Below are positions 19,073-30,098 of a stretch of 64,000 nt of DNA, in pieces. The stretch is from IMG/VR virus record IMGVR_UViG_3300013126_000023, positions 6,862 through 70,861 of that record, one strand, 5' to 3'. Position 1 is the stretch's first letter. Every line of letters begins with the position of its first letter. This DNA comes from a virus. The translations under genes were made by a program, and so were the position numbers. The notes beneath the pieces were generated by a model, which had not been told where the DNA came from, did not search any database, and was given only the letters and a program-made list of their open reading frames with translations.

Positions 19073-21675
19073 TATAAACCTTTACTCTTTACTAATAAAT
19101 CCAATTCTTTTACTGCTTCTATTAGAAGTGCTACTAATTTTTCATACTTGACGGTTTTATAATTTTGACCGCTCTTAGAATACTCATGCCCAGAACCTTG
19201 AACACCTATATCAAATGGTGCAGGTACAACAATTTCTGGTAGTACTTTTTCTACTTCTTGAGCTATCACACCTATTTCAATCCTATTAGTATCATATCCA
19301 TAACTACCCGCTACTTCATTTGCCATAAACGATACACCAGATAATTGCCTAATTTTGCCCAAAGCATTAACAATAGGTGTGATATTAGTTTTTAATCTTT
19401 CATCAGAATAATATGCGGTTACATCACCCGTAGCTCTAATGTCCCCACCAGAACCACTAGCTGGAGTACCTACTCCCAAACTATTCAAAGTTAAATCTGA
19501 TGGTATGGTTGCTGGACCAGGGCCGCCTTGAGGTCCAGTTGCACCTTGAGGTCCAGTTGCGCCGCCGGGACCGGTAGCACCGCCGGGACCAGGACTACCC
19601 TGTGGACCAGGACTTCCTCCAGGTCCAGTTAGACCTTGTGGTCCCGTTAGACCTTGTGGTCCCGTTAGACCTTGTGGTCCAGGAACGAAACCTGCTGGAC
19701 CAGGATTACCCTGTGGACCAGTTAATCCTTGTGGACCTGGATTTCCTCCAGGTCCAGTTGCGCCTTGAGTACCAGTAGGTCCAGTTGCGCCTTGAGTACC
19801 AGTTAATCCTTGTGGACCTGGATTTCCTCCAGGTCCAGTTGCGCCTTGAGTACCAGTAGGTCCAGTTGCGCCTTGTGGACCAGTTAATCCTTGTGGACCA
19901 GTTAATCCTTGTGGACCAGTTGCACCGCCAGGGCCAGTAGCACCACCGGGTCCGGGATTACCTTGAGGTCCGGTTGCACCACCAGGGCCAGTAGCACCGC
20001 TGGGACCAGGATTACCTTGAGGTCCGGTTGCGCCGCCGGGACCGGTAGCACCGCCGGGACCTGTAGAACCTTGTGGGCCTGCAGGACCAGTATTACCTTG
20101 AGGTCCAGTTGCACCACCAGGGCCAGTAGAACCTTGAGTACCAGTAGGTCCAGTAGATCCTTGTGGACCGTTGGCCCCCTGAGGACCAGGTAAACCTTGG
20201 GAACCTGTACTGCCCCCCGCTCCTTGCGATCCTTGAGGGCCAGATGGACCTGTTGCTCCTTGAGGCCCTGTTAGTCCCTGAGAACCTGGGCTACCTTGAG
20301 GGCCGGCATTACCTCCAGGACCTTGAGAACCCGTTGGTCCGGTAGATCCTTGTGGACCAGTTGTGCCCTGTGGACCCGTATTGCCTGCAGGTCCTGGACT
20401 ACCTTGAGGACCAGTGTTGCCGCCTGGTCCAGTATTGCCCTGAGGACCTGGGTTACCATTGGGACCTTGAGAACCCGTTGGTCCGGTAGATCCTTGTGGA
20501 CCAGTTGTGCCCTGTGGACCAGGAGCAGATGAACCAGGTGGACCTTGAGTTCCTGTAGATCCCTGCGAACCTGATGGACCCTGCGATCCTTGAGGACCAG
20601 TTGCACCTTGTGGACCAGAGCCACCTGCACCTTGAGGTCCTTGATTACCGACATTTCCTTGTGATCCTTGTACACCCACTAAACCTTGTGGACCAGTTGC
20701 ACCTTGTGGCCCAGTTAATCCTTGAACACCTTGATGACCCTGGGCACCTTGCGCACCAGTTACACCTTGGAAACCTTGTACACCAGTAGTACCCTGAGCA
20801 CCCTGAGGCCCTGAAGGTCCAGAAGCACCCTGGGGGCCTGTTGCGCCTTGTGGTCCAGTTACACCTTGAGTTCCTGTTGCGCCTTGTGGACCAGCTCCGC
20901 CTGCGCCTTGTGGGCCTTGATTGCCTATATTACCTTGAGGACCAGTATCTCCTTGAGGACCAGTATCTCCTTGAGGACCAGAACCACCTGCACCTTGTGG
21001 ACCTTGATTACCTACATTGCCTTGAGTTCCTGTTGCACCTTGAGGTCCAGTTGATCCTTGGACCCCCTGAGGACCAGAAGCACCTTGAGGACCTGTGATA
21101 CCTACAGTTCCTGCTGTACCGCCTGCTCCCTGAGTGCCCTGTGAACCTTGTGCTCCTTGGGCTCCTTGGGCACCTTGTGTACCTTGAGTTCCTGCAGCAC
21201 CCTGTGCACCGGTGGAACCTACTCCAACAATAATTCTAGTTATATGCAGAGAACCAAATTCTAATCCCAAATTTAAAGTGAGAGTATTATTTGTTGCGGT
21301 ATAATCTATAGTAGGATATATGGTTATACCATTTATATCCACTAAAATATTATTAGGATTCGTTAATGAAAGTGTATTATTGTTGTCATCTGGACCGGTA
21401 AAAACTGTTTGTCCAACAGTTGTACCGCTAGTAGCATTGCCTACTGTATAAACATAACTAGTAAAAGTAGTGGCGCCACCGCCACCCTCTATGCTAGTTA
21501 AAACATTACTCCAATATCTTGAACCATCTACATTAGCTAATAATACAAATCCATTACCTTGAGGTATACCTAAACTTGGTTCAGCCTCTTCCAGAGATAG
21601 GAAAGTGTATCGAGAGCTCGATACATTTGCCGCAGGAGTAAGTTTTACTTTATTACTTAGGCGCTTTAATGACAT
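19072..21675 (-). CDS. Collagen triple-helix fibre with C-terminal intramolecular chaperone (peptidase S74)
   Basis: About 570 aa of G-X-Y (GPQ, GAT, GST, GNP), then [11 protein letters not shown]...[13 protein letters not shown]...[16 protein letters not shown]. Confidence 0.92.
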   Translation of the reverse strand: MSLKRLSNKVKLTPAANVSSSRYTFLSLEEAEPSLGIPQGNGFVLLANVDGSRYWSNVLTSIEGGGGATTFTSYVYTVGNATSGTTVGQTVFTGPDDNNNTLSLTNPNNILVDINGITIYPTIDYTATNNTLTLNLGLEFGSLHITRIIVGVGSTGAQGAAGTQGTQGAQGAQGAQGSQGTQGAGGTAGTVGITGPQGASGPQGVQGSTGPQGATGTQGNVGNQGPQGAGGSGPQGDTGPQGDTGPQGNIGNQGPQGAGGAGPQGATGTQGVTGPQGATGPQGASGPSGPQGAQGTTGVQGFQGVTGAQGAQGHQGVQGLTGPQGATGPQGLVGVQGSQGNVGNQGPQGAGGSGPQGATGPQGSQGPSGSQGSTGTQGPPGSSAPGPQGTTGPQGSTGPTGSQGPNGNPGPQGNTGPGGNTGPQGSPGPAGNTGPQGTTGPQGSTGPTGSQGPGGNAGPQGSPGSQGLTGPQGATGPSGPQGSQGAGGSTGSQGLPGPQGANGPQGSTGPTGTQGSTGPGGATGPQGNTGPAGPQGSTGPGGATGPGGATGPQGNPGPSGATGPGGATGPQGNPGPGGATGPGGATGPQGLTGPQGLTGPQGATGPTGTQGATGPGGNPGPQGLTGTQGATGPTGTQGATGPGGNPGPQGLTGPQGNPGPAGFVPGPQGLTGPQGLTGPQGLTGPGGSPGPQGSPGPGGATGPGGATGPQGATGPQGGPGPATIPSDLTLNSLGVGTPASGSGGDIRATGDVTAYYSDERLKTNITPIVNALGKIRQLSGVSFMANEVAGSYGYDTNRIEIGVIAQEVEKVLPEIVVPAPFDIGVQGSGHEYSKSGQNYKTVKYEKLVALLIEAVKELDLLVKSKGL
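19720..19873. repeat. 81-bp-period tandem duplication inside the collagen gene
   Basis: agttaatccttgtggacctggatttcctccaggtccagttgcgccttgagtaccagtaggtccagttgcgccttg starts at both 19720 and 19801. Confidence 0.85.
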
Positions 21676-22023
21676 TTAGATCAAGCTTGTTTCTAGTAAA
21701 CTAAGTGTAATTTTAAGATTTGAATTCGCACCAGCATAAGCCATTACAGAAGCGTTCGCTTCTAATACTAATTTACCCGTTAAAACCGATGCCGCGTCTT
21801 GTCTTCCCATAGGAAAATTTCTAACTAATTCAGTTACAACGGTTCCTGTATTAGATAAATGCGCAAAAGTTACATTAGAGTCATAATCATCTCTTATATT
21901 AGCAACCTGAGCCATTAAAACGATAGTAGCAGTTTCTTCTGGAGTAGTATATAATATGCCTACATTTGCAAAAAGAGGTGATGTTATGGTTTTGAACGTA
22001 TTTAATGGAACTAAGGTTGCCAT
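21676..22023 (-). CDS. Small virion protein, putative adaptor
   Basis: 115 aa, LYTTP...TIVL..QVAN...GKLVLE...LKITLSLLE; similar size and pattern to 6591..6950. Confidence 0.6.
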   Translation of the reverse strand: MATLVPLNTFKTITSPLFANVGILYTTPEETATIVLMAQVANIRDDYDSNVTFAHLSNTGTVVTELVRNFPMGRQDAASVLTGKLVLEANASVMAYAGANSNLKITLSLLETSLI

Positions 22024-22029
22024 TTACTA

Positions 22030-25000
22030 TTATCCTTCTATTGCTAATATATATGGTGTCATAACTGCGAACAAACTTTTATTAAATGTTCTACCATTAA
22101 TTGTACCTGTAGCTCTATTAATTAATAATTCATTACCAATTCTAAAATCACCTAAATGATCTGTAGTTGTATAATAAACAGCACCGCCGTTTCTTTCAAC
22201 GACTTCATTTTCTTGATTGGGAACACCTCCCATATAAGGTAAGGCAGTCATCAATGTGTCACCAGCACCTACATATTCCATCGTATGACTTGATGCTGAA
22301 ATATAACTAGGTTGATGAAAAGATGCAAATGAATTAGCTGGTACAGTAAACAGAGTTCTTGTATCCAATGTGATATTACTAAACCCTATAGGTGAAACAC
22401 CTACTGTTACGGTAGCATTATTTACTACATTAGTTGAAGTAGCTACAGTAAAATAAGTTGCCTGTCCACCTGAGATGTTAGACCAATTCATATTCACAAA
22501 ACCAACGACTTCCGCAGCTAGAAAATCTCTATTATTATACAGTAATTTAGCAGTTCTATCATAACCATCATTAGTTGTAGGATTAATTAAAGTTCCTACA
22601 TTAGCAGATATAGGCAATTTAGCAGGAGCAACTGATGGACCAAAAAGTATAATATTGGCCATTCTATTAATTAACGAATTTATTCGTTGTTGCTCCGGAG
22701 CACCTGCAGTAGTCACCGCAGCTGCAGCTGTTGTGTTTTGACTTACCTGAGGTGTTCTACCAGTTATCAATTGATAGGTTTGTGTTAAAGGAATGGCTTG
22801 AATAATCTGCGGTGTTATATCTTTTAAATATAAAAAAGCATTAGCAGTTTGAGCTACCTGTCCGACTACTTGCGTTGCAGTATTACTTTGGTTATAATAA
22901 TAAACACCAGACATTGTCGCTTGTCTATTACCACCGTGCAATAAATCAAAGTATATACTATCTACAATATATCCTATATCTCTTTCGCACTTGGTTGAAC
23001 CATTAGTTATGTTAGCTAAGAAACCTGGATATGTAGCTTGAACAAAAGCTACACCTTCCTTTTGTAAGAACAGTCTATTGTTTATTAGTACATTACCAGC
23101 ATTTACTGTATCTGTATCTACTCTTGGCGGATAAGCATTAGGAATAATATTACTAGTTATACCTACTGTTCCGTTGGAAATAATATTTGCAACTAAACCA
23201 AACGTGTTACTAAAATCTCTAACGGGACCCGATCCAGATGACACTGCCTTCGTAGCATCTCTGTACTGTGGAACTGTAATTTGGTATAAAGGAGTGCCAC
23301 TAACATTGGCAGTTAAATCTTGAATAGCTCTAGTAGCTAATCCTTTAACATAGTTAATTGCAGCTACTGTTTCTGTAGATTGATTTGGAATAGCTGAAGA
23401 ACTTTGCGCCCAATACTGCAATCCTGCGAAGGTAGTTTGGGTATTACTATTGTATGCTACATCTATTGCTACAGAATCTACAATTAATTTAGTATCTCTT
23501 TCACATTTTTCTTGGTTATAATTAGCAAAGGTTACAACATCACCTATTGCTACAAAATTCTGCGAAACATTTGATAATCTAAAACTTCTGCCTTTTGTGT
23601 TGCCGATTACTTTAGCGTAGTAAAGCGGGAAACTTACCCCATCAGCAACCAAACCATATGTGCCAAAAGATGTATTGGAATTAGTAATAGAACAGAATCC
23701 ACCCTTCTCACATAGTACACCTATATTACAGCATATGGTAAACACCGATACCAATTGCGTGTAACCTCTATTAAGCATATGTATGCCAATACCACCTTCA
23801 TTAGTTTGTGTATAAGAATCACAAACCATTGATCGTAGACCGGTAACATAATTACCATCTACTCTCATACCAGTACCGTTAGTTGTTATAGACGAGCAAT
23901 TTTGAATATAAGGAGAGGTAGTAATATAACCGGCAGATCCATTAGGATTAAAACTAAATACTGAGGAAGGTGATTTATGATTTCTAAAAGTAAATCCCCA
24001 GACATATGATGCATTATTCACATAGAACAAATCAGAATATTCATTTTGAGGACGTACAGTTGTAGTTCTCAAATTATCTCCTAATAACCCCACTCTTGTA
24101 GGTATATTAATAGGATTTCCATATAAAGTATATTCACCACTTAACACCTTAACAGTTGTCCAAGGTGTGGCTAAACTTAAAGCAGTATGAATATTTGCTA
24201 CAGCATTAGCTAGTGTTCTACCATCATAAGCATCATTGCCTGTGGTAGCTACGTAAATTACATTTGCATGTGGACGAGAAACTTCTTCACGTAATGATGC
24301 AAGAGTTGGCACCATTGCTGCTTGTGCTCTTGCATTAGTAAAGTATACATTACCAATATTGGTATTTGCCAATAAAGGATTAGGATCCTCGGGAACATCT
24401 GTAGTGTATAATGTTACTACACCTTGTTTACCTGCTACGGATATAACTGCATTGGCTAAAAAGGTTACATTTGCCTTTAAAGTACCGTTAGCAGAATCAT
24501 ATATGATAGTATTATCACCGGCACTTATAGCACCCCTTGCTCTCGCATTGGTGTAATATAAATTTGATGATACTTCAAGTATATCTGCAGTTGTGCCTGT
24601 GGCAGTAGAATAACTACTTATTACAGACCATGAATTACCTGTATATTGTAATACCGTAGAATCGCCAGGTTTAGTAAAACGCAATCCTATATTGTTAAAA
24701 ATATTACTTCTAAGAACAAAACTACCGCCATTAGTAGTTTTTAAAGTAATTATTTTTATTTGGCCATTTTGACCTGGTGGTATATCTAAATAATCAATAC
24801 CTCCCTGATCAATAGAAACAATTGGAGGTTGGTAAACTAAATTGGCACCAGTTGTACCCGGTGTGCCATTTACAGTAACATTGGAAGTGTATTTAGTACC
24901 AAGGAAATTAGACCCATCAAATGTAGTAGATAGGGCAATAATATTACTCGAGTTAGTAGAATCGCTAACATCGAAGATATATGTTGAACCTGCAATTAAT

Positions 25001-25482
25001 CTTAAACCGCTTGAAAATGGTTTGAACGCAGTATAAGGTCTGGTTGCATCTGTAGTATTGACCCAATTTTCAGGGTCATTACCATTTAATAATATTTTAC
25101 CGTTTTTATGAGTAACAACAAATATTTGGGTAATAGGTGAACCTTGTACTAAGCTTAACCCTTTACCCGAAAATAAGACATTCGAAGTATAAAGAAATAA
25201 TGTTTTAGGTAATACTGAAACATTAGCTATAGCTGATGTATTAGCTGCAGTATTCGCATACAAATCTGTTCTAACTTTAGATACAGAAATCGTATTTGAA
25301 TCGTAGATATTTTGTACATCTGACCCAATAATGACATTACCATTAATAGTTGGGTCATTAATATAGGCAAATATATTTGCCGCGGTGATATTTTTACTAA
25401 CACCGTTCTGTACAAGATAAAAGTAATCCCCTCGTTGAACCAGGTTCGCTGAGGGTAATTCTGTGATTTTTACATCAGCCAT
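22030..25482 (-). CDS. Virion structural/tail fibre protein with pectin-lyase-like beta-helix
   Basis: MADVKITELP N-terminus, NLYYTNARA motif, VIYVATTGND..DG, SPYIQNCS, repeated KCERD..IVD motifs as in T4-like cyanophage structural proteins. Confidence 0.7.
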   Translation of the reverse strand: MADVKITELPSANLVQRGDYFYLVQNGVSKNITAANIFAYINDPTINGNVIIGSDVQNIYDSNTISVSKVRTDLYANTAANTSAIANVSVLPKTLFLYTSNVLFSGKGLSLVQGSPITQIFVVTHKNGKILLNGNDPENWVNTTDATRPYTAFKPFSSGLRLIAGSTYIFDVSDSTNSSNIIALSTTFDGSNFLGTKYTSNVTVNGTPGTTGANLVYQPPIVSIDQGGIDYLDIPPGQNGQIKIITLKTTNGGSFVLRSNIFNNIGLRFTKPGDSTVLQYTGNSWSVISSYSTATGTTADILEVSSNLYYTNARARGAISAGDNTIIYDSANGTLKANVTFLANAVISVAGKQGVVTLYTTDVPEDPNPLLANTNIGNVYFTNARAQAAMVPTLASLREEVSRPHANVIYVATTGNDAYDGRTLANAVANIHTALSLATPWTTVKVLSGEYTLYGNPINIPTRVGLLGDNLRTTTVRPQNEYSDLFYVNNASYVWGFTFRNHKSPSSVFSFNPNGSAGYITTSPYIQNCSSITTNGTGMRVDGNYVTGLRSMVCDSYTQTNEGGIGIHMLNRGYTQLVSVFTICCNIGVLCEKGGFCSITNSNTSFGTYGLVADGVSFPLYYAKVIGNTKGRSFRLSNVSQNFVAIGDVVTFANYNQEKCERDTKLIVDSVAIDVAYNSNTQTTFAGLQYWAQSSSAIPNQSTETVAAINYVKGLATRAIQDLTANVSGTPLYQITVPQYRDATKAVSSGSGPVRDFSNTFGLVANIISNGTVGITSNIIPNAYPPRVDTDTVNAGNVLINNRLFLQKEGVAFVQATYPGFLANITNGSTKCERDIGYIVDSIYFDLLHGGNRQATMSGVYYYNQSNTATQVVGQVAQTANAFLYLKDITPQIIQAIPLTQTYQLITGRTPQVSQNTTAAAAVTTAGAPEQQRINSLINRMANIILFGPSVAPAKLPISANVGTLINPTTNDGYDRTAKLLYNNRDFLAAEVVGFVNMNWSNISGGQATYFTVATSTNVVNNATVTVGVSPIGFSNITLDTRTLFTVPANSFASFHQPSYISASSHTMEYVGAGDTLMTALPYMGGVPNQENEVVERNGGAVYYTTTDHLGDFRIGNELLINRATGTINGRTFNKSLFAVMTPYILAIEG

Positions 25483-25488
25483 GTTTTA

Positions 25489-26337
25489 TTATACTACTGT
25501 AGCCTGTGCAGAAGTTGTTACGTTGCTTGTGCCACCACCAGAAACTGTAGAAGCATTAGCACGGAAGTATCTATTAGCAATTACACTTACGTTAGATATA
25601 GTCAATGTATTTGTAGTGTTACCTGAAATATTAGCACTATATGGTACTGTTACGAAGGTTGTATTATCTGTAGAGTATTCCCAACGTATTGTAATTGTAG
25701 CACCATTTGGCGAAGATCTAGGAGCTGCAGTAAATACTACAGCATTACCAGTTGTATTGGATGCAGCTGATGGTACTGTAGTAAAATATATGAAATAATC
25801 TTTTACTGTAGAGTCATCGTTAGCATCACCCAATAAAGTGCCGCCACTATTTTCATTAAAATTCTTCGACATTGCTACAAGTGTTTCAGCTTTGTTTCTG
25901 GTGCTGCCCTGTGTAGTAGTATATGTATTATAATGTACCCAACCCGTATGGTTAATACCTTTGAGTTTATTATCTCTAGCATTCACCTCATTTAAATCCA
26001 CCCCGACTACGGATGCCTTATTAACAGTGTTAGCTCCACTACCAATACTTACATTAGCTCCCCATCCATTGGTGCTTACCCATTTTGGATCTTCTTGTAA
26101 TGCAATATTTGCAGTAGCTACGTTAGCACCTTTAAAAGTTGTATCCAATTGAATAGTATTCCCTGATACTAACTTTGCTATTCTATAATCTACGTTAGCA
26201 ATAACTAAAGAATACCCAGCTTGGAATCCATTAGCTGCAGTTACTACAGAAGCACTGGTAACAACAGTATCACTACCATTATTAGCAGTTGCTGTTGCAG
26301 AAACTTCTCGTCTGTCTATTTTACCCCATAGAGACAT
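25489..26337 (-). CDS. Conserved T4-like virion protein with C-terminal Ig-like domain
   Basis: MSLWG...GWVHY.TY...R.KAETLVAM; C-terminal WEYSTD...TLTISN...YFRA pattern. Confidence 0.55.
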   Translation of the reverse strand: MSLWGKIDRREVSATATANNGSDTVVTSASVVTAANGFQAGYSLVIANVDYRIAKLVSGNTIQLDTTFKGANVATANIALQEDPKWVSTNGWGANVSIGSGANTVNKASVVGVDLNEVNARDNKLKGINHTGWVHYNTYTTTQGSTRNKAETLVAMSKNFNENSGGTLLGDANDDSTVKDYFIYFTTVPSAASNTTGNAVVFTAAPRSSPNGATITIRWEYSTDNTTFVTVPYSANISGNTTNTLTISNVSVIANRYFRANASTVSGGGTSNVTTSAQATVV

Positions 26338-26366
26338 TTTTTTCCCCTTTTGAATATTTATTGGCG

Positions 26367-27908
26367 TTACTTATTGCCAAAAACTTTTGCCTCGCGTTCT
26401 TTCTTAGCTTTTCTAGTTTTTTGATCCATACCAATTGTTTGCTGTGTATCTCTAGAAAATTTTACTACGCCAGGTTTTGATCTATCTACAGTACCACTTA
26501 GTTCTTTGCTGTATAGTTTTTGGTTACCATAATCTGCAGTAGATCTATAAGCTTCCAAGACGCCTTGTTTAATAAGTAATGCCTCAGCAATAATTTCTAT
26601 TTTGCCTGTATCAAAAGCTTCTGCTGCTATATTTACTATATCTTGTTGAAATTCTGGATCATCACTAGATATGATTGTTTTAACTGCATCTAGATAATCA
26701 GAATAAGTTAGATTAGTAGGTATATCAACATTGTATTGATTTTCTATTACTATTGTAAATGGTACACTTTCTTTCATCATTGATTTTTTAATTGCCTTAC
26801 GACGATTAAGTAGATAAGAATCTGAACTATCTTTTTTGCCGTCATTATTTACGTCTGAATCTTCTTTACCGACAGGATCCATCCCTTCTTTCATTCCACC
26901 ACGTGCCTGAGCAGATTTAAGCATTGCAATTCTATCACGGTATCCTGCAATACCAGGCTTGATGTCCCTGGCAGCTTCCTTTTCACCAGGTGTTGGATTG
27001 GGTATGTGTTTCATTGTAGTCCTAGCCTGACGTGATTGATATGCCCTATCTTTACGATCAGCATCTAAATCGCTCATCGCACCTTCATTAGTCTGTTCTA
27101 CTTCTTCCAATATATGATCATCTTTTTTCAAAAGACTCTTATGACCTAGTTTCTGATATTCTTTATCAGCATCGTGTAACTTGTCATGAAATTCTTTGTG
27201 TCTTTGTGAATTGCCCTTTTCTTTATAATCTTGTTTAAGTTGTCTAAAAGACCTAATTTTATCTATTAACAAAGAAGCCTTTCGATTTTTTTCATCTTCT
27301 TTACTACTATTTGGGTTTGAAGGTGATACATGCGATACAGGTGATACAGCTAATGCTTCTTCCATGCTCTTTGCACGGAGTTTAGCTAAAACAGCGCCAG
27401 CAACTTTCTTGCCTCTTTCAGCTGAACCATAACGCTTTGCAGCAGATGCAGCAATCTTACCAAACATCTTACCAGGTTTACCTATATCCTTACCAGCACG
27501 AGCAGCCTTTGCTGAGTATGATGCTTCATCTAGAGCAAGTGCTTCTTGTAGAGTTTCTTCAAACTCTTCGTCTGACATATCAGCTACTTCTTGGTCTATC
27601 ATTTCATCAGTTACTTCAGCATGCTCATGCATCTTAGCTTTTTTAACTTTCATAGCTTCGGTATATACTTTACGAATACCGTCGCTAAATTTTACAGTAT
27701 ACCAAGCAATATTACCTTCAGCATCAGGATCAGCATGTGCCTCAGCAATACATTCCCCATCACCGAAAATAGGATGCTCAACGTGGGTAGCGCAATAGTG
27801 AGCCTTATCTACTTGACCTTCTACTACATCTTTATTTTCTTTAATAGGTGAATCACCTCGCAATACTTTTTGTATTGATTCAAAAAGCTCATTTGTTATT
27901 CTTGTCAT
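26367..27908 (-). CDS. Putative internal head (poly)protein
   Basis: Charged modular protein with many (L/I/M/V)xE-A/G/S sites and a DVNNDGKKD Ca-loop-like motif; AATAAATA upstream. Confidence 0.5.
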   Translation of the reverse strand: MTRITNELFESIQKVLRGDSPIKENKDVVEGQVDKAHYCATHVEHPIFGDGECIAEAHADPDAEGNIAWYTVKFSDGIRKVYTEAMKVKKAKMHEHAEVTDEMIDQEVADMSDEEFEETLQEALALDEASYSAKAARAGKDIGKPGKMFGKIAASAAKRYGSAERGKKVAGAVLAKLRAKSMEEALAVSPVSHVSPSNPNSSKEDEKNRKASLLIDKIRSFRQLKQDYKEKGNSQRHKEFHDKLHDADKEYQKLGHKSLLKKDDHILEEVEQTNEGAMSDLDADRKDRAYQSRQARTTMKHIPNPTPGEKEAARDIKPGIAGYRDRIAMLKSAQARGGMKEGMDPVGKEDSDVNNDGKKDSSDSYLLNRRKAIKKSMMKESVPFTIVIENQYNVDIPTNLTYSDYLDAVKTIISSDDPEFQQDIVNIAAEAFDTGKIEIIAEALLIKQGVLEAYRSTADYGNQKLYSKELSGTVDRSKPGVVKFSRDTQQTIGMDQKTRKAKKEREAKVFGNK

Positions 27909-27937
27909 TTGAATTTCCTTAAATGATTAATTATTTA

Positions 27938-29236
27938 TTAAGTTCCTAAACCCGCTGAAACTGAATCTCTAGACCACGCTTTACAAGACCAATAACGAGC
28001 TTTGTGTTTCGGACCCGGATTATCGCAATTATGTCTAGCTCTAAAATTACGACGTCTATCTGGATTACTTGTCTTAATAGTCAATCCAGTTGTATCACCG
28101 AAATTCACTTTAACTACATTACCTTTTTCATTCTTTGAATATACAGCAAATTTACCTTTGCCGTCAGATGTTCTAAAAGGTTTATTTAGTTGAACCTTTT
28201 TACCATTCTTTTCTGCTTCTAGGAGGTCCAAGCCTTCCGCCACTGCCTTCTTTTCATCTTTTTTCTTCTCAGGCTTAACAGGTTTAACCATCTCTCTATC
28301 ACTGACAGGATAATCTCTCAAATGACGTGTTGTAGCATTGGGTTTCTTAGATGCTTCGTCAATCTCGGTTTCTTCTCTAACAACATAGCTAACTGTCTTC
28401 ATACCCGAAGTAGGATGAATAAATGTCTTTTTCATGACCTTGCCGCCATGCTGTTTGGCATGCGCAAAGGCATCTTCTTTTTTACCAAACTCATTCTTAG
28501 GTGGTTTGATCATAGGAGATGCTTCAGCAAGATTGCCTTTGTGATATGCTCTAGCTGCATCTTCAGGTGTATCATGTAGAGTAGTTTTTTGAGTAAATGC
28601 CGTAGAGGAACCACCTGCTGCATAATACTTTTTAGTCATATTATGCTTTAGAATGTTGGCACCTTTGCCTTTGGTGGCAGAATGTGTATAACCTACATAT
28701 GTCCCAGTTTTACCCCTTAATACAGGACCTTTAGTCTGATCGATGTAGGTATACTGGTCAGCATTATTAGCTTCATCCAAATCTTTTTTCATCTTACTCA
28801 TTTTATTTTTCATTTGTTGAGCAAGATGTTTAGCTCTCGATAACGCTGCAGGTTTTTTACTGCCAGATTGAGCAGGTGTAACCTTGGTATAAGGACCTTC
28901 AAATGGAATAGAATTATCATTTGGATCTACTTTTGCTTCGGATAAATCCCAATCCTCATATTGTTCGTCACCAGTAGGATCGAAATCTTCTTCCACTGAA
29001 CCATAGGCAGAATCATCATCACAATCAAAACATATAGAGTCCAATTGTTTACGCAGTTCGGAAAATTTTATAACTTTACTTTCTTTCATAGCCGCCATAT
29101 TATCCACTAAATTTGGATAAGGACGACCAGCAGCTCTTGCTCTTCGTTTTGCTTCAGCTTTTTGCGCAGACGTCATCTTTCCGCCATCGCCTTTATTGGG
29201 ATTAGGTTTATCCCAAGGTTTTTTTTCTTCGTTCAT
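27938..29236 (-). CDS. Putative internal head (poly)protein with DUF6321-like C-terminus
   Basis: C-terminal LNKPFR...VKVNFGD...RR.NFRARHNC...KARYWSCKAW; repeated LSEA/LDEA/LAEA/IDEA/LLEA. Confidence 0.55.
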   Translation of the reverse strand: MNEEKKPWDKPNPNKGDGGKMTSAQKAEAKRRARAAGRPYPNLVDNMAAMKESKVIKFSELRKQLDSICFDCDDDSAYGSVEEDFDPTGDEQYEDWDLSEAKVDPNDNSIPFEGPYTKVTPAQSGSKKPAALSRAKHLAQQMKNKMSKMKKDLDEANNADQYTYIDQTKGPVLRGKTGTYVGYTHSATKGKGANILKHNMTKKYYAAGGSSTAFTQKTTLHDTPEDAARAYHKGNLAEASPMIKPPKNEFGKKEDAFAHAKQHGGKVMKKTFIHPTSGMKTVSYVVREETEIDEASKKPNATTRHLRDYPVSDREMVKPVKPEKKKDEKKAVAEGLDLLEAEKNGKKVQLNKPFRTSDGKGKFAVYSKNEKGNVVKVNFGDTTGLTIKTSNPDRRRNFRARHNCDNPGPKHKARYWSCKAWSRDSVSAGLGT

Positions 29237-29622
29237 TTTAATGGTCCGTTAGTAAGCCAAACGCTACAGGATCTATCTCCTGCGCATTTAAATTGAAGAA
29301 TTTCACAATATCCTAAATTGGATTGTTCAACCACATCCATACCATTGGGGCCAATACCATCTGCAATACATTTTCTCATTTCTTTAGTTACATTAAATGC
29401 AGCACAATTGTAACATCTCATAGTGCTGGCTTCCTCTGCAGGAATGTCCCAAATTTTAGCAAGTCTTTCCCAGTAATCACCTGGTTCATTTGGATTGGCG
29501 GGCCCATAAACATATTCATCTATAGCATGCTGTCTATTCTCAACATTTACATGTAAATCTTTAGTGGCAATAGGACACACTTGTTCTTGTAATTGTATCT
29601 TGAATTGCCTATAATTTTTCAT
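29233..29622 (-). CDS. Cys-rich hypothetical protein
   Basis: CPIAT...YGP.NP...CYNCAAF...C...GYC...FKCA..RSC..W; capsid-targeting-like N-terminus MKNYRQF. Confidence 0.6.
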   Translation of the reverse strand: MKNYRQFKIQLQEQVCPIATKDLHVNVENRQHAIDEYVYGPANPNEPGDYWERLAKIWDIPAEEASTMRCYNCAAFNVTKEMRKCIADGIGPNGMDVVEQSNLGYCEILQFKCAGDRSCSVWLTNGPLK

Positions 29623-30098
29623 TTCTTTTTAGCACCAGATAATCTAGTTCTTTCTATACCTTTTACTTTTTGTAAAGTTCTGGCAATTAGACCAGGTTGA
29701 TTTGCAATCAATTGTTTTACTCTACTTTCTATACGATCTCTTTCTTGTGCAGATAACGATGCCTTATTTCTACCTTTTAGCAATTTTTTCATTATCATTC
29801 TTCTAGCTGCAGCTTTAGCTCGTGTGGTTAAAACTGCAGTAGTAGAAGGTCTTTTTAATTTCATCTTCTTGGCTGTTTGCAGTTTTTGCTTACGCTGCAT
29901 GGCCTGCTGTGATTTCTTCATTCTAGATGAGGCTGATATTTTTTCAGATAAAGTAACAGGTTCTTTATCCTCATCCTCATGGTAGAGTTCATCCGACTCA
30001 TAAAGATCTATAATATCTTCCCAAGTTATCTGCTCCACAAGATCAGTTATTTCTTCTTCAGATAAATCTACCTCTAAAAAGTCTTTTAATGTTTTCAT
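29619..30098 (-). CDS. Hypothetical protein with acidic N-terminus and basic C-terminus
   Basis: 159 aa, starts MKTLKDFLE; K/R-rich after the LSE site. Confidence 0.6.
   Translation of the reverse strand: MKTLKDFLEVDLSEEEITDLVEQITWEDIIDLYESDELYHEDEDKEPVTLSEKISASSRMKKSQQAMQRKQKLQTAKKMKLKRPSTTAVLTTRAKAAARRMIMKKLLKGRNKASLSAQERDRIESRVKQLIANQPGLIARTLQKVKGIERTRLSGAKKK

Noticed and set aside
19902-21098. Many overlapping alternative-frame ORFs in the collagen gene
   Set aside because: By-products of the GC-rich 9-nt periodicity.
1-26337. Diversity-generating retroelement or invertase switching of adhesins
   Set aside because: No reverse transcriptase, recombinase or adenine-specific template/variable repeat pair is visible in this window.
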